Below, one piece after another: positions 12,801 to 25,789 of a stretch of 64,000 nucleotides of DNA. Source of the stretch: the human T2T-CHM13v2.0 reference genome, Homo sapiens; assembly GCF_009914755.1 (NCBI RefSeq), contig NC_060933.1. One strand, given 5' to 3'. The notes under the pieces are model-generated. The model saw only the letters and a list, made by a program, of their open reading frames with translations. It was not told where the DNA came from and did no database searches. Within the stretch, counting starts at the first letter, position 1, and each line of letters begins with the position of its first letter. Both the position numbers and the translations under genes were made by a program.

Positions 12801-15690
12801 AATAAGCATGAGTTTGTACTCTGTCTTGCCTGGACCTTTGGCTTCAGTGTGATCCTGATATTTGGCCTGGCTGCCTTGCCCTTCAGCACCTGTGTGCTCC
12901 CAGGAAGCTAAGGGTTCCTAAACCACAGCCTTTTCTCCTGTGTGAGAGACCATGACTTTTGACCACCTGGAGAACATGGTTTTCTCCTCAATTGGTTAGT
13001 GGCACCACTTCTCTGCCCATTCGATTGCTCCATTGTGGAATCTGGAGGTTCTCCTCCATCTTCCCTCTCCCTTAGATATATTATCCATGAATTTCATTCT
13101 AGGTAAAGGAATGGGGCATGGCAAATGATGGTATAACATGTTGTTCTAACATTTGTCCGGCAGGTCTGGGAATCTTGCACCAGCTGGTAATTCTTTGTGA
13201 CCTCCTTGAGAGTAGCTGTCCTTTTTTTTCATTTACCTATGTATACCCTTTGAACCTGCCCCCGGTGTCTCCAACCCAGCTTATAATCCTAGTTCCATGA
13301 TTGCAATGATGTCCAACTGCTTTGCCCAGTCCAGAGTTATTCCCTTTGGCCATTTAAATGCCTGGCACAGGCTCTCCGTACTCACACGGCAATGCAAGCA
13401 TCAGTGTTCACTGTGGAGACAAACAAAAGGGACCTAATAAACCATGTCTGCAACATGCATGTGAGTGATCATGCCCTCATTTTCTCAGGTCCAAGCTCAA
13501 AAAAGCCACTTTCCTTACAAATACTCATTGCATACAGCCTGTAACCTACTTATCACCTGTGACTCATATTAGTTTCTTGTAGACAGATAATGTAGACAAA
13601 ACAAAACAATTTTTAGGTAATGCCCAAATAGTCCATTCACCTTGAAATTATAATTCTAGGCCTTACACTGTGTAACACTGTCTCAAATTCAGAAGTATGG
13701 AAAAATAAGTATCTATCACCCCAGAGGGGAAAATTCTTCACAAAGCCCATCCACCTGTTGTTTTGGTAGTATGTGAGAAGTGAGCTCATGATTGAACATT
13801 CTTTGTAACCTGAGGTTTTTGGTGGCATTTCATCCAGCCTAAATAGCCTTGGACAGAAAACTAGAAGGTAACAAAACTACCACAAGCTGATCCATTCGCA
13901 TTCTAAAGACGTAGACGTTGATAGGAAGGCAGGTAGATGACTTTCACACCATCTTCACAAGAGCAAAAAATATGTTCAAAAATGAGAGGCCAAATTAAGA
14001 AAGGTTAAATTATGCCTAATGGTCTCTATTTCCTAAGCAGGGAAGGGTGTAATGAGGACTCTTTGGAAAGTCTTCCATTAGAAATGGCACTTGAAGTGAA
14101 CAGGTTTCAGTTATCTGTAAAATGTACTTATTTATAATTCTTATTCTGTGATGAGGCTGGATAAATAAGGTATCAGTGCACTAATTGGTGAAAAATTTTA
14201 TTCACTACAGATTTATGGAGTTGTCTAGTGATGTGAATTCAGTCATATAAACTTCCTCTAAGAAACCACAAGAAGGCTGGTGGATAATGGGTTTCAACTC
14301 CCCTGCCACTTACAACTGGTGGGTGGAGGTTGCCTGAGTGCTGTGCTGAGAGCAATTTTGAGTTCATATCTGGCTGGACTCAGTGGCAGAGGCTGCTGAG
14401 ATTGACTGGTGATGTCTTCCACAGGTATGGGAGAAGGGCACCGTGGCTTGACAATCTCATGTTTAACATTCCAATCTAAAGGTGCCATACTTGATACTGA
14501 AAAATGATCACAGGTAGTCATTTGTTCTAACTGCCCCTGCAGAGCCTAAATCACTGTCTCCCGGTTGGATTTCTAAAGCCTCGTCTGCAATTATGACAAG
14601 TGGGCCCTTTCAGAATTATTTGTGCAAGACCTCAGACTGTCAGATTCAATACTGTGAACCAGAATGTGTTTCTCTCTAAACCAGGGAATGGATCATTTCC
14701 ATAGAGAGAGCTTTTATTGAAGTCAAATTGCTATGTAAGACACTGCAATGAACAGAATAAAAAGTCTTTGTGGTTGTCAAGGCTACAACCAATATAAAAA
14801 AATGAAAATGGAAATACTAAAAACTAATACCTGGGAAATGTGGAGTGCTATGTGTGGTTAATTCTGTTACAGTTAGATCAGTCTGACTTTATCCTCTATT
14901 TGCAGCTACTACAACCTATGTGACTCATTTTGGCCTTCAGAACTCTAGTATTATTTTCTCTTGTGTTTGGCCAGTCTAAAACCCTTTATTCTAATGTCTC
15001 ACTTTCCATCCCAAGTCTTTCTTTATTCATTCAACTCTCTTATTATTTCTTGATCCCAAATACTCTCATGGAAATCCTTCTCCTCAAGTATTTACTTTCT
15101 TTAGTCTCTTTTCCAGATTCTCACTTCTCCTATTTGGAAAATTCCTATGTTTTTATCCCCCACCTTCAGAGCACCACAGACAAGACTCATGCTGCTTCTG
15201 TGTTCTTTGTTCTTATCTCTCTGCATTTCCTTCCCAGTTCCTCCTCTTTTGAAATCTGATGTGGAGACACAGTTTCCCTTCACCTCCTTCTCTTTACTCT
15301 TCTCCTTCCTTGCAACTGTGGTAGTTGAAATGCGTCAGTTTCTCTTTTGCCTCCTGCTTCCCATCCCCAGCTTCTGTGTTCCGCATCCACCGTTACCTCT
15401 CACCTGCCAGGTGGAGCTGAACCCCTTCCATTGTGTCTGCCATCCCTCCCCTCCCACCTCCTCAGGGATTCACTAGGGTGACACTCCCTCTGGTCCTTCA
15501 GAAGCTCCTGGGTACCTGCCTTCTGTCTGACGACAGTTTGTTGGCTGGTGGTTTTGGGTTTCTTCCCTCTGCAGTGGCTGAATTACTGCCCCCATCTCTG
15601 GCTTCTAAGAATTGCCTCTCAACTCCAGACTATAATCTCAACTCAATCTTAGGAGAACCTTTAAACAACTACTGAAGAAGAGTCCGTTTA

Positions 15691-15755
15691 CATTCAGAAC
15701 ATGACAGATGCCCGGCTATGACCTGGAGAGTGGTGCATCTGTCGTGTATTGAGTG
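15691..15755 (+). other. 65-nt stem-loop (21-bp stem), pre-miRNA-like or palindromic ancient repeat
   Basis: 15691-15711 pairs with 15735-15755: 17 Watson-Crick pairs, 3 G-U, 1 mismatch. Confidence 0.6.
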
Positions 15756-15909
15756 CTACGCTTTAGGTGGAAACTCAACCTGGCACTCCATCGTCCACCA
15801 TTATTGTTTTAAATCTTATTTCCTCTATGATCCTGTTTGTTGTCTTATTCCTTCTCCCACAATCTGATTTATACCCTCAGATCTACTCACAGTTCTCTGT
15901 GTATTCTTT

Positions 15910-16097
15910 TTTTCATGTTTTTATTTTTTATTCATTTTACCTTAACTTTTGGGATACATATGCAGAACGTGCAGGTTTGTTACATAGACATGTGCCATGG
16001 TGGTTTGCTGCACCCATCAACCTGTCATCTAGGTTTTAAGCCCCGCATGCATTAGGTATTTGTCCTAATGCGCTCCCTCCCCTCGTTCCCACCCTCC
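15910..16097 (-). mobile_element. L1PA8-like 3' end fragment
   Basis: tgcagaacgtgcaggtttgttacatag...ggttttaagccccgcatgcattagg; 13-bp TSD ctgtgtattcttt at 15897-15909 and 16098-16110. Confidence 0.93.
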
Positions 16098-16264
16098 CTG
16101 TGTATTCTTTGAACAGTTATACTTGTTTTGACTTTGCTTAGGCTGTTGCTTTCCCTTATCCCTAATCTCCATAACCCCAAATCCTGCTTTTTCAAGGCTC
16201 AGCTCAAACACTACTCTTTCCACAAAATCCTCTCAGATGTCACACTGCAGAACCCTCAGTCTTT

Positions 16265-16487
16265 TACTTTCTTTCTTTCTTTTTTTGAAACAGCGTCTTG
16301 TGGCGTCATCCAGGACTGGAGTGCAGTGGCACAATCCCAGCCCACTGCAGACTTGGACTCCTGGACTGAAGCAATTCTCCCACTTTATCCTCCCCAGTAG
16401 CTAGGACTACAGGCATGCACCACCACACCCAGCTAATTAAAAAAAAATTTCTGTAGAGATGAGGTTTCACTATGTTGCCCAGGCTGG
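16265..16487 (-). mobile_element. AluJ, 5'-truncated
   Basis: gagtgcagtggcacaatc...gactacaggcatgcaccacc...cactatgttgcccaggctgg. Confidence 0.9.
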
Positions 16488-16750
16488 AGAACTTCTTATG
16501 AGTCTTAAAATGTCCCTGATTCCTGCTTGTAGTGAGAGTTATCTGTGTCCTGCTAGACTGTGAGTTCCCAAGGCCACAAACCATAGCATCCCCCAAACAA
16601 TGTACATCAGGCACTGGACTGCTCCTACCTCCATTATGGAAATTACCTCAGCCTTTGCCCAAGCTGCCCTCTGGCAAGTAGAGGTCACAAGTATTAAAGA
16701 ACTTTCACTTGGGTTGATGACTCAAAATATCAGAACACATTCCTGGGAAA

Positions 16751-17016
16751 AATGCCTATTTACGTATTTGTATCCATTCACAAAGGTGATATCTCTACCC
16801 CTCACATTTACCAGGTTGATAAGGTGGTGGTGGGGAAGCTGGCTCATTTGAAGATGATCAGAACCATAATAAAACAATAGCTAATGCCTGTTTATGTGTT
16901 TGTATCCATTCACAAAAATGATACCTGTACCCCTCACTTGTGCCAAGTTCATAAGGTAGTGGTGGGGAAGCTGGCTCATTTGAAGATGATCAGAACCATA
17001 ATAAAACAATAGCTAA
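16751..17016 (+). repeat. Two-copy tandem duplication, period 132 bp
   Basis: Units start at 16751 and 16883; 13 substitutions, no indels. Confidence 0.97.
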
Positions 17017-17134
17017 CATTTATTATTACTATGTCCTGAGCACCAAGTTAAAAAGCCTATGAGGCAGGCACTACTATTATCCCCAGTTTACAGCCAGGAA
17101 AACTGACACTCGGATAAGTTAACAGGTTAGGTTA

Positions 17135-18055
17135 ATTGTTCTCTGTTTGCCCCTCCATATCAAATCTTCACTCTCTTCACTCTGCTGTATGCTCCAGGAG
17201 GCCAACATTTAGGTGTTGAATCAATGATATCCTGCCCTGGGGCTTCCTATTGGACTCAATCAATGGGAGATACCAGTGGGAGACCCAGGAGACCAGAGGT
17301 TGGGAGGAGAGAGAGCTCGGAATACTGATTTTCTTAGCTCCCTTCTGTCTAGATGTAAAAGGCCAAGGGCTGGTTTCTCTCCCCAAGGCCACTGTCCAGC
17401 AGCCCGTTTCTACAGCCACAGGTATCAGAGGGTTCCAGTTTCCCTCTCTCCCTTGAACCTTCACGCAACGAACGTACACAAGTGCTTTGTAGACCCTTGC
17501 TGGTTTCCTGGAACTCTACTGTTTACAAGTTGAATTGTGTCCTCTCAAAAAAGCTATGCTGAAATCCTAACCCCCAGTACTTTAGGATGCAATCTTATTT
17601 GGAAACAGGATTGTTGCAGATGTAATTAGTTAAGATAAGGGGTAGGGAGGTCCTAGTCCAATATGAGTCGAGTCCTTAGAAGAAGATGGTGGTGGAAGAC
17701 AGAGAGACACACAGAGGGAATGAAGGCAGAGATTCCAATTATGCAGCTGTAAGCCACGGAATGCCCAAGACTCTTGGTGAACACCAGAAGCTAAGAAGAG
17801 GTGAGGAAGGATTGATTCCCTTACAGGTTTCAGAGGTAGCATCACCCTTCCAGCACCTTGACTTCAGGCTTCTAGGCTTCAGAACTGTAAGAAAATAAAT
17901 TTCTGTTTTAAGCCGTTCAGTTTGTGGTACTTTGTTATGGCAGCCCTGAGGAACAAATACATTTACTTATGTCTTTGGAAATAGTCCTTTCATTAAATTC
18001 TCTTCAATTATTTTTTTGAGTGTGCTGCATGTTTTCTGCTGGGTCCCTAACCTTC
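17135..18055 (+). mobile_element. LTR33-like ERVL LTR, interrupted by MLT1C
   Basis: tttgcccctc...caatgggag...gggaggagagagag; resumes after 17961 with cattaaattctcttcaatta...gagtgtgc. Confidence 0.7.
17520..17961 (+). mobile_element. MLT1C-like MaLR solo LTR
   Basis: gttgaattgtgtcc...ttatttggaaacagg...gtttgtggtactttgttatggcagccct...aataca; TSD tctac/tttac. Confidence 0.88.
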
Positions 18056-20622
18056 CTAAGGTGAAAAGGCTAGGAACTGAATTCAGGGCTGTGAAGGTAA
18101 AACTCAAATGCTTATCCTTTATAATAATACTAATAACAATCATGGGTAAAACTTACATAGTGCTTATATTAACTCCCTTAGTGCCATTTAACCTGAAGAC
18201 TAGGGCTGCAGACTGTATTTTTAACACTGATGACATGCCTGATTTTCAGACCAGGTGGGTCTGTGTTAACTGGCAGAGCTGTGATGAAAAGTGAGCTCTT
18301 AAGTGAGCTGATTTCCTGAAGAGGCACAGACACACTTGGAATGGTACAAGTGAAATCCAGGGCCCACAAGGGTCAGGATTTTAAACATGCTTGAGAGTTT
18401 CTCATGAATACCATCAGAAGAGCAGCTGGGCAAGAGCTCAGGTGCTGACCTCTATTACCATCAAAGCCTAAAACTACTGGACAGTACCCTCATTTTTAAG
18501 GTGAACAGGGAGAGACTTACGAGGGGACCAAGACTTTTTTGAATACAAATAGACTGGCCACTTGACAAGCTGGAATTCTCCCAGATGCAAAAGAAAGAGA
18601 AAGCAAACGGATGAAAGATGCAGGTCTGAACGTTTTCCTCTGCCGCACAGGATTTCTCTGCCTGTTGTCCCTTCCGGACCAGCTCAGTGCCTGTGTCTCT
18701 ACATATCCCAGTTCCTGCCCTAGGGAAGCAGGTGGAGGAAGCTGCTGTCTGAGTAATGACTGCTCTAACATTTCTTTTAAGGATGACACTATTTTTAGAA
18801 GTGACTCATTCATATAAGCAGGTATGGGTGAAGGGGCGGGAGGCTCTAAGTGACAACTTAACTCTTATGTCTCAGTGCATTTATATTTATTCTTGTACTT
18901 TAATCCTTCTTTTAACGGGCACCACAGGTCAGTTGTGATTCAGGGCACCAGTGAAAACAGACATTTCTCTGGAAATAATTTAAAGTGTTTTCCATCCAGA
19001 TACTTCAGAAGTGAGAAAGTTCTCAAAATATAGGAGGGAGGGCAAGAAAGGGAAAATTGGGAAGGACTGCTGTCATTTTGAGGAGGGGGACAGGTGAGGG
19101 AGCAGCTAAGTAAAGAGAAAGATTGAGGGAATTCTACTTCAGATGTCTCGTGCTTTCCTGTGCAGTAACAGGGAAAGCACTGTATTAGTAACTGGATGAT
19201 TTAGAAGCCTTGGAGTGAAAGCAAATCATTCTGAAAAGGCTGCTTCCTGATTCGGAGACTCCATTTTTCCTCTTATGAAAGGAAAGTGTATTCTAGAACT
19301 TTTAGCACAACCAACACCCCCAGCTTTCAAACCTTGGACACTGGGCAAAGCACTTTATAGGTTATCTTATTTAACCCTCATGAAACTTTTATGAGACAGG
19401 TAGTGTTATGACCCCATTTTACAGACAAGGAAGCTGAGGCTTGGAGAGGTTTTGTAATTTTTTTAAGGCAACATACTAATAAATGGCTCATAACTCATGT
19501 CTGTCTGAGCTCGGACATCCAGTAATTCTGGCCCAGTGGGGTATGGCTAGTACACCAGAGCCTGCCAGCTAGTGTTGCTGCTACAAGAGCTAGTGTTTGA
19601 AATACTTACAGGCCTTGCATATAGGATTTATTGCTTTTTGCTCTTGTGAGAAACTTCACCTGTGTGAGTCTATGGGCTTGCTGGTTAAGAGAAACACGGT
19701 AAAAAATCTTGCCATTACCAGCACTTAGACTTAAATGACCTTTTTTTTTTTTTGTGATTCTTCCTCATCCGATACAAGTTAATTCACCCATGACTTATCT
19801 ATTCCCATATTAACATATTTTTGCATATTTGTTATTTAACCGACACCTCTAATGACCAGTCCTTAACCACATTGTTGTTGTAGAGTATGAATCCCTAAAT
19901 ATCATTGACATCTCTGCATAAACTACTAGATAAAGTCCCCAGCATCATATCCATGCAGGGTCTTGCTTTATCATCTTTTGGATGGTTAAAGAAATGTCAG
20001 AATTTATTGTAAAATCATCACGTCCAGGGATATCCTTCTTCTAAGTATTTTAAAAGCAAGAATGAAAAATACAATGTTGGACCAATTCAGCTCAATATTT
20101 CTTGCTGCAGAGTATCAATGTGGAGCATATCTTCCTTGAACACATTTACATTTACAGTTCCAAGAAGTCATTGGGTTAAGGAAGTCCAAATAAAGGGTGT
20201 GACAGGAATAATCAATCCTCTGAGTTTTTTCAAAACTTTAATCATGGTTGGGATTTTGGTTTTCTCAAAGGCAGCCCTTGACAAAAAACCATCAAAAATG
20301 ACAGATTAGGGATCCCTCTGTTGTAATTTTCCATCGTTGCTGCCAATAATGGGCAAGTCTGTCTACTGACCCTCAGGAAGCCTATCAACCTATGTGAGTG
20401 TAGATTCCTGAAAATATGTTGTTTTATCAAAACACATCCGAGAGCTTTTCACCTGCTCCATCCAGACCACCTAAATAGACCTTGCACATTCCACCATATT
20501 CTCTTTCTTCTGGCAAATCCTTCACCTTTATGTGCACCTGAGCCTTACTCATTCTTTACAGTAGTGTTCAAGCTCCATGTCCTTCTCTGCTATTCCTGGC
20601 CAAGATCTTTTGATCTCTAGAC

Positions 20623-20928
20623 AACTGCTGTCCAACAGAAATAAAATGTGAACTGCACATGTCATTGTGAAAATTCTAGTAACCACATTATAAAAGTAAC
20701 AAGAAACAGGTAAAAATAATTTTAAAGACATATTTAACATAATCGAATATAGCCACATTATTATTGTTTCAACATGTAATCAATAGAAGAATTAGTAATG
20801 AGATATGAGATATTTACTTTTTTCAGCATCAGCTTTCTGAAAACCAGAGTGTGTGTTAATACAACACATTTCAATTCAGACTAGACACATTTCAAGGGCT
20901 GAGTAGCCATGTGTATTGGATAGCGCAA
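20623..20928. mobile_element. MER33-like hAT-Charlie MITE
   Basis: ctgtccaacagaaataaaatgtga...tttcaacatgtaatcaata...cacatttcaagggctgagtagccatg...ttggatagcgc. Confidence 0.8.
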
Positions 20929-21699
20929 CACTGGACCGCATGTTCTGAGGAGGACAGGGTAGTTCCTGGCACACAAGTGGACTCAAATACTTGTTGCTTT
21001 CAGCTCTTACTCCTACTTACATTTATCTCTGTTCTGTCAGTTTGAAATGATCACCATGCCCGGTGTTAGTTACCCTCCAAGGCACGCACACATCTCCTCA
21101 ACTAATTTACAAGCCCTTGGACAGAGACGAAGGAGTGTGCTTTAATTTTCCGCAGAGTACACTGAGATGCTTGTAGTCCCTAAACCTGGAGTTCCATTGC
21201 AGGCCTCCTCATCTTGGTGCATGTTGTTACCTGTGCCTGGAATGTTCTTTCCCCTTCTCTTTTGAAAAGTAACACCTGTTTTCAAAAAGCACCCTGTCCC
21301 CTACCACCTCTCAATTTGATTTAATGCCCATTTTCTGAATATCTTTTATCAAAATTTATGTTATATACTCACAATTGCTCCTTGGTTTCATTCACTGCCC
21401 CATGAGCTGTTTTGTGTGTGCACGTGTGTGTATGTGTTATGTGTATATTCCATGTCTAACTGGTTTTAGATCACTAATACCAAATACTGTCCCTATAAAA
21501 TGAATGCAGGAATGCTACATAGCATATGCTAAACAAAACGTCAGTTGATCTTTATAACTGTGAAAGAAAATAGGTTTCTGAGCTAAGATACGCTCTGCAT
21601 TTATCACCTGCAAAATAGGTAAATGGCTAACTGCCCAACATACTGGCTCATTTCCTGGAATAGGAAAGGGAAAGACAGAACTTTAATTCTCCTGACACC

Positions 21700-21850
21700 C
21701 TGCAAGTGAGGGGCTGCTACCCACATTTTACAGATGAGGAAAAAGAGGCTCAGAGAGGTCAGGAGACTTGCTCAAGGCTGCACAGCTAGTGAGTGCCATG
21801 AGAGGAATAAGAGTCCATGTCTGTGTGTCCCTGAAGCTGATCTTTGTGCT
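21700..21850 (-). mobile_element. MIR SINE
   Basis: attttacagatgaggaaaaagaggctcagagagg...cacagctagtgagtg. Confidence 0.8.
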
Positions 21851-23074
21851 GAGGTCCCAGTTCCCACAAAGTTCTAGAGCAGAAGCCTTCCGATCGCTTC
21901 AAATAAACCCTAGCTCAGGGGTAGTCTCTATACAGATCATGGGAGAGAGCACAATGCATAGCCACAGGTCTTTTCTGTTGCAGTCCCCCCACCAGCAGAG
22001 CCTGCCCCCTTCCGCAATCTGTCAACTGTGAACGGTAGTGACAGAAGATGCCTCCTGACTTGTCAACAGAATAGGCTCCTGGGGACCTGGGAATGGATCA
22101 GAACAGCAGTAAAGGCCCTGGGTCCACGTCCTGCAGGGGGTCAGGCTGTCAGAGAGCAGGGGTCAACTCCAGCTTTTGAGTGTGAGAAACTGCTTTACTG
22201 TGCCCTCCTGTTTCTGCAATGATGCTTTCTCCCTCATTAAGTGCGTCTGCCACTCTCTGTAATGGAGTCTGCCCAAACATTGCCTAATAGCACTGATTAA
22301 ACTAAGCATGCATATGCCTGGCACCATGGTTGCTGCTATCACAGGAATCCCAGGGCTGCTGAGACCAACTGCAAGACACTGAAGCTGCTAGTAACAAGCC
22401 TGATGGCAGCAGGGCACCAGGGTGCAGATCTGAATTTGCAAAGAGGAATTGATTTCCCTTCCAATATCCTGTCTCTCCTTCTAATAAGCAGGTGGATGGA
22501 CGAAAGCAAAAGAGATGGCAAAGCTGCTCTTAGCTGCACCTGCCATCCTGAGCACTGTGGTGCCTCGCCTTGAAATGGTCATGACCGTGTAGGGAACATG
22601 GATGGGTTTCCTCAATCAGTTTCTCTGCCAGCTTAGTCTGAAGTCACATCACGCATAGATTAACACCCTTGGATAAACCTAAAATCTGAGTTTGGATTTT
22701 GGTTTGTTTTGTGATAGTCTGTATATCCTGCTATAAAGACACTCAGCATGTAGGAGTCAGAATCAAAACATAAATTAGGAAGATTATTTTTCTTTGTTTC
22801 ACAACGGCTTTGATGCAGGGTTTCTTTAAATGGTAAGTTTCATTGGTGCATTTAGAATAGAAGTTAGCTTACAAATAAATTTTTAAAGAAAAAAGTCTGG
22901 CTGTAAAGCAGCTGCCATTTACAGCATGGTATCTGTGAGGCAGGCGCTGTGAGGAACACATGACACACATGAAGTCTGATGTTCACAGTAACCCTGAAAA
23001 TTGGATATTAGCATTCCTGTTGTATAAATGAGAAATCCAAGGTTTGAAAGTGCAAAGTTATCAGGCAAATCTGG

Positions 23075-23542
23075 TGAAGCAGGTTGAATTGTGTCTCCCC
23101 AAAAGATATGTTGAAGTCCTAATCCACAGTACCTGTGAATATGACCTTATTTGGCACAGAGTCTTTGAAGATGTAATGAAGTTGAGATGAGGTCATACTG
23201 GATCTGGGTGGGCCTAAATCCAATGACTGGTGTCCTTATAAGGAGAGTGAGAAGAGAGATTTGACACAGAGGACAGACACACAGAGATGAAGGCCATATG
23301 ATGATAGAGGCAGAGACTGGGGGTGATACAGCTGCAAGCCAAGGAATGCCACGGATTGCCAGCAACTCCCAGAAGCTAGGAAGAGGCAAGGAAGGGTCCC
23401 TAGAGCCTTCAGAGTGAGCATGGCTCTGCCAATACCTTGATGTCAGACTTCTAGCCTACAGGACTATGACAGAATAAATTTCTGTGGTTCTAAACTGCCC
23501 GTTTGTGGTAGTTTGTTTCGGCAGCCCTAGAAAACAAATACG
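23075..23542 (+). mobile_element. MLT1C MaLR solo LTR
   Basis: ggttgaattgtgtctcccccaaaagatatgttgaagtcctaa...caagccaaggaatgcc...gcagccctagaaaacaaatac. Confidence 0.92.
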
Positions 23543-24171
23543 CCTTGTAACACCAGGTTTGCTGATTCTAAGGATACCTCCTCTTCCTCATAGAATTTCA
23601 AGGCTGCCTGCTGTGTGGCTGTTGATACTGCAGGCCCTCACTCTTACCAGTAAGATCCGCCTGCTCTTGAGGAAAGCCGGTGAGAAGCAGTAGACAGGGG
23701 AATGACACCATCTATCTGAGGTGAGTTTTGCAAGGCATGGCCCTGGATAAAGGGGAATGCATGGGAGATTGTTTAGAAGTGTTGCTATTGTCCAAGGAAA
23801 AAGTAGGCGGTTTACGCTCACTGGTGGCAGTGGAGATGAGAAGAAACTGATGACTTTGAGAGGTGCTGAGAAGGCAGAACTGAAGACTGCTAGCACTTCA
23901 GATGTGGGGGCGAGGGTGAGGGGCTGGCAGCTGGGATGCTCAGGTTTCTGGCCTGGGTAACTGGGTGGGTGTTTATGCCATCGTGAGAAAGGAAGTTTAT
24001 CATGATTGATCTAAACCTAATAGACTTCAATTGAAATGCATTGGTGGTAGAATTCTCTATGGAAACAGGCTTTAGAATCAGGCAAAAGTAGATATGTATT
24101 GCCTGTAATGCAACACACTAGCTAAGAGACGTCGGGTGAATCATTTAACCCCACAGGTTTCAGTTTCCTTA

Positions 24172-24503
24172 TTTGTTGTTGTTGTTTGAGACAGGGTTTC
24201 GCTCTGTCACCCAGGCTGGAGTACAGTGGCATGATCATGGCTCACTGCAGCCTGACCTCCTGAGCTCAAGTGATCTGCCCACCTCAGCCCTCAAGTAGCT
24301 GGTACGCACCACCATGCCTGGTTAATTTGTGTGTGTGTGTATGTGTATGTACATAGTGCATTCACATATATATATATGTAGACACAGGGTTTTTCCATGT
24401 TGCCCAGACTCCATGTGGTCCTGAACTCCTTGGCTGAAGCACCTCACCCACCTCGGCCTTCCAAAGTGCTGGGATTACAGGGGTATGCCACTGCACCCGG
24501 CCC
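24172..24503 (-). mobile_element. AluJ with (TG)/(TA) expansion in the linker, inserted in a MIR
   Basis: gagacagggtttcgctctgtcacccaggctgg...gctgggattacagg...cacccggcc. Confidence 0.92.
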
Positions 24504-24667
24504 ATGTTCTCATTCATTAAAAGTGAAGGTAATGATATGAGTTAGTATATGTAAAGAGCATATGGTATGCAAATAATCAGAGGTTAGCTTTTATAAAATA
24601 TTTTATAAGTAATATGATGCTCTCCTTTGGAGCATTTCAATGATACATCTTACTCATTTTTATTATT

Positions 24668-24956
24668 GGCCAGGCACAGTGGCTCACATCTGTAATCCCA
24701 GCACTTTGAGAGGCCAAGGCAAGAGGATCGCTTGAGCCCAGGAGTTGAGATCAGCGTGGGCAACATGGGGAGACCTCATCTCCACAAAAAAATACAAAAA
24801 TTAGCCAGGCATGGTGGCATGCACTTGTAGTCCCAGCTACTCAAGAGGCTGAGGTGGAAGGATCACCTGAGCCTGGGAGGTTGAGGCTGCAGTGAGTTGT
24901 GATTGCACCACTGCACTCCAGCCTGGGAAACAAAGTGAGACACTGTTTTAAAAAAA
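24668..24956 (+). mobile_element. AluJ, full length
   Basis: ggccaggcacagtggctcac...ggatcgcttgagcccaggag...ctgcactccagcctggg. Confidence 0.94.
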
Positions 24957-25789
24957 TCATTATTTTAAAATAAAGTAGAGAGGATCTTGTTTTTATTTCC
25001 TCAATTGAATGTGGGAGAAGTGTAGGGAAACTGTGGAATATAGACACTAAGGATCAGTGCAAGCTCCCTTTAATATCTCAAGAAAATAAAAATAATTTTC
25101 TAGTTCTGTCTGTTTGTGCAACTATAAGGTATTTTTAGTGCAGAGTTTAGAAAGCCCAGCAGTGTAGAGAGTATATATTTCTTTATTTCCAATAACTCAT
25201 GGGAACAGCATGTACTGGTAACAAAATAGCACTTTCTCTTGACTAGCAGCTTTTTTTTCCCCTGTCTAAAGGGCTACTAAAACCATTATGTTTTTTTCAA
25301 TGCAGGACATCTTGTCCTTTCCCTGAGGTTATAGTACTTGGTGCCTTTCATGATTTCAGATGGTAAACTGCTTCCTAAGTGGGACTCTGTTCTTTGTCTA
25401 AGACATTTTATCTTTTCTAAAGCACAGTGTTCCCACCATGACAAGTGCTATTTATGTGTACATTATCAGAGCTACACAAACAATAATTCTTACTTTTCTT
25501 GAAATATTTAAAACAAAACACTCAGTACAAATTAATAAAGATCAGGTACTTTTAATATTTGTATAACTGGGATCTGTTCTTTCAGCTAAGATACTCATAA
25601 ATCTAGATGCCATTATTAAAAAGAAGTAACTCGATTTTCTGGACATTTAAAAACACAACCTCAATGATTTATCACATAAAAAGAGAAAATAAAACCTTGA
25701 GTTAAGGATCATAACGAAAGAAAGAAGTTGCTAAAATCATGACAGAGAGCTTGCCAAAGCCATGCCTTCTGCAACCTGGTTATTTCCCC

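Noticed and set aside
16751-17016. CRISPR-like or array interpretation of the direct repeats
   Set aside because: Eukaryotic DNA; two adjacent homologous units with no unique spacers
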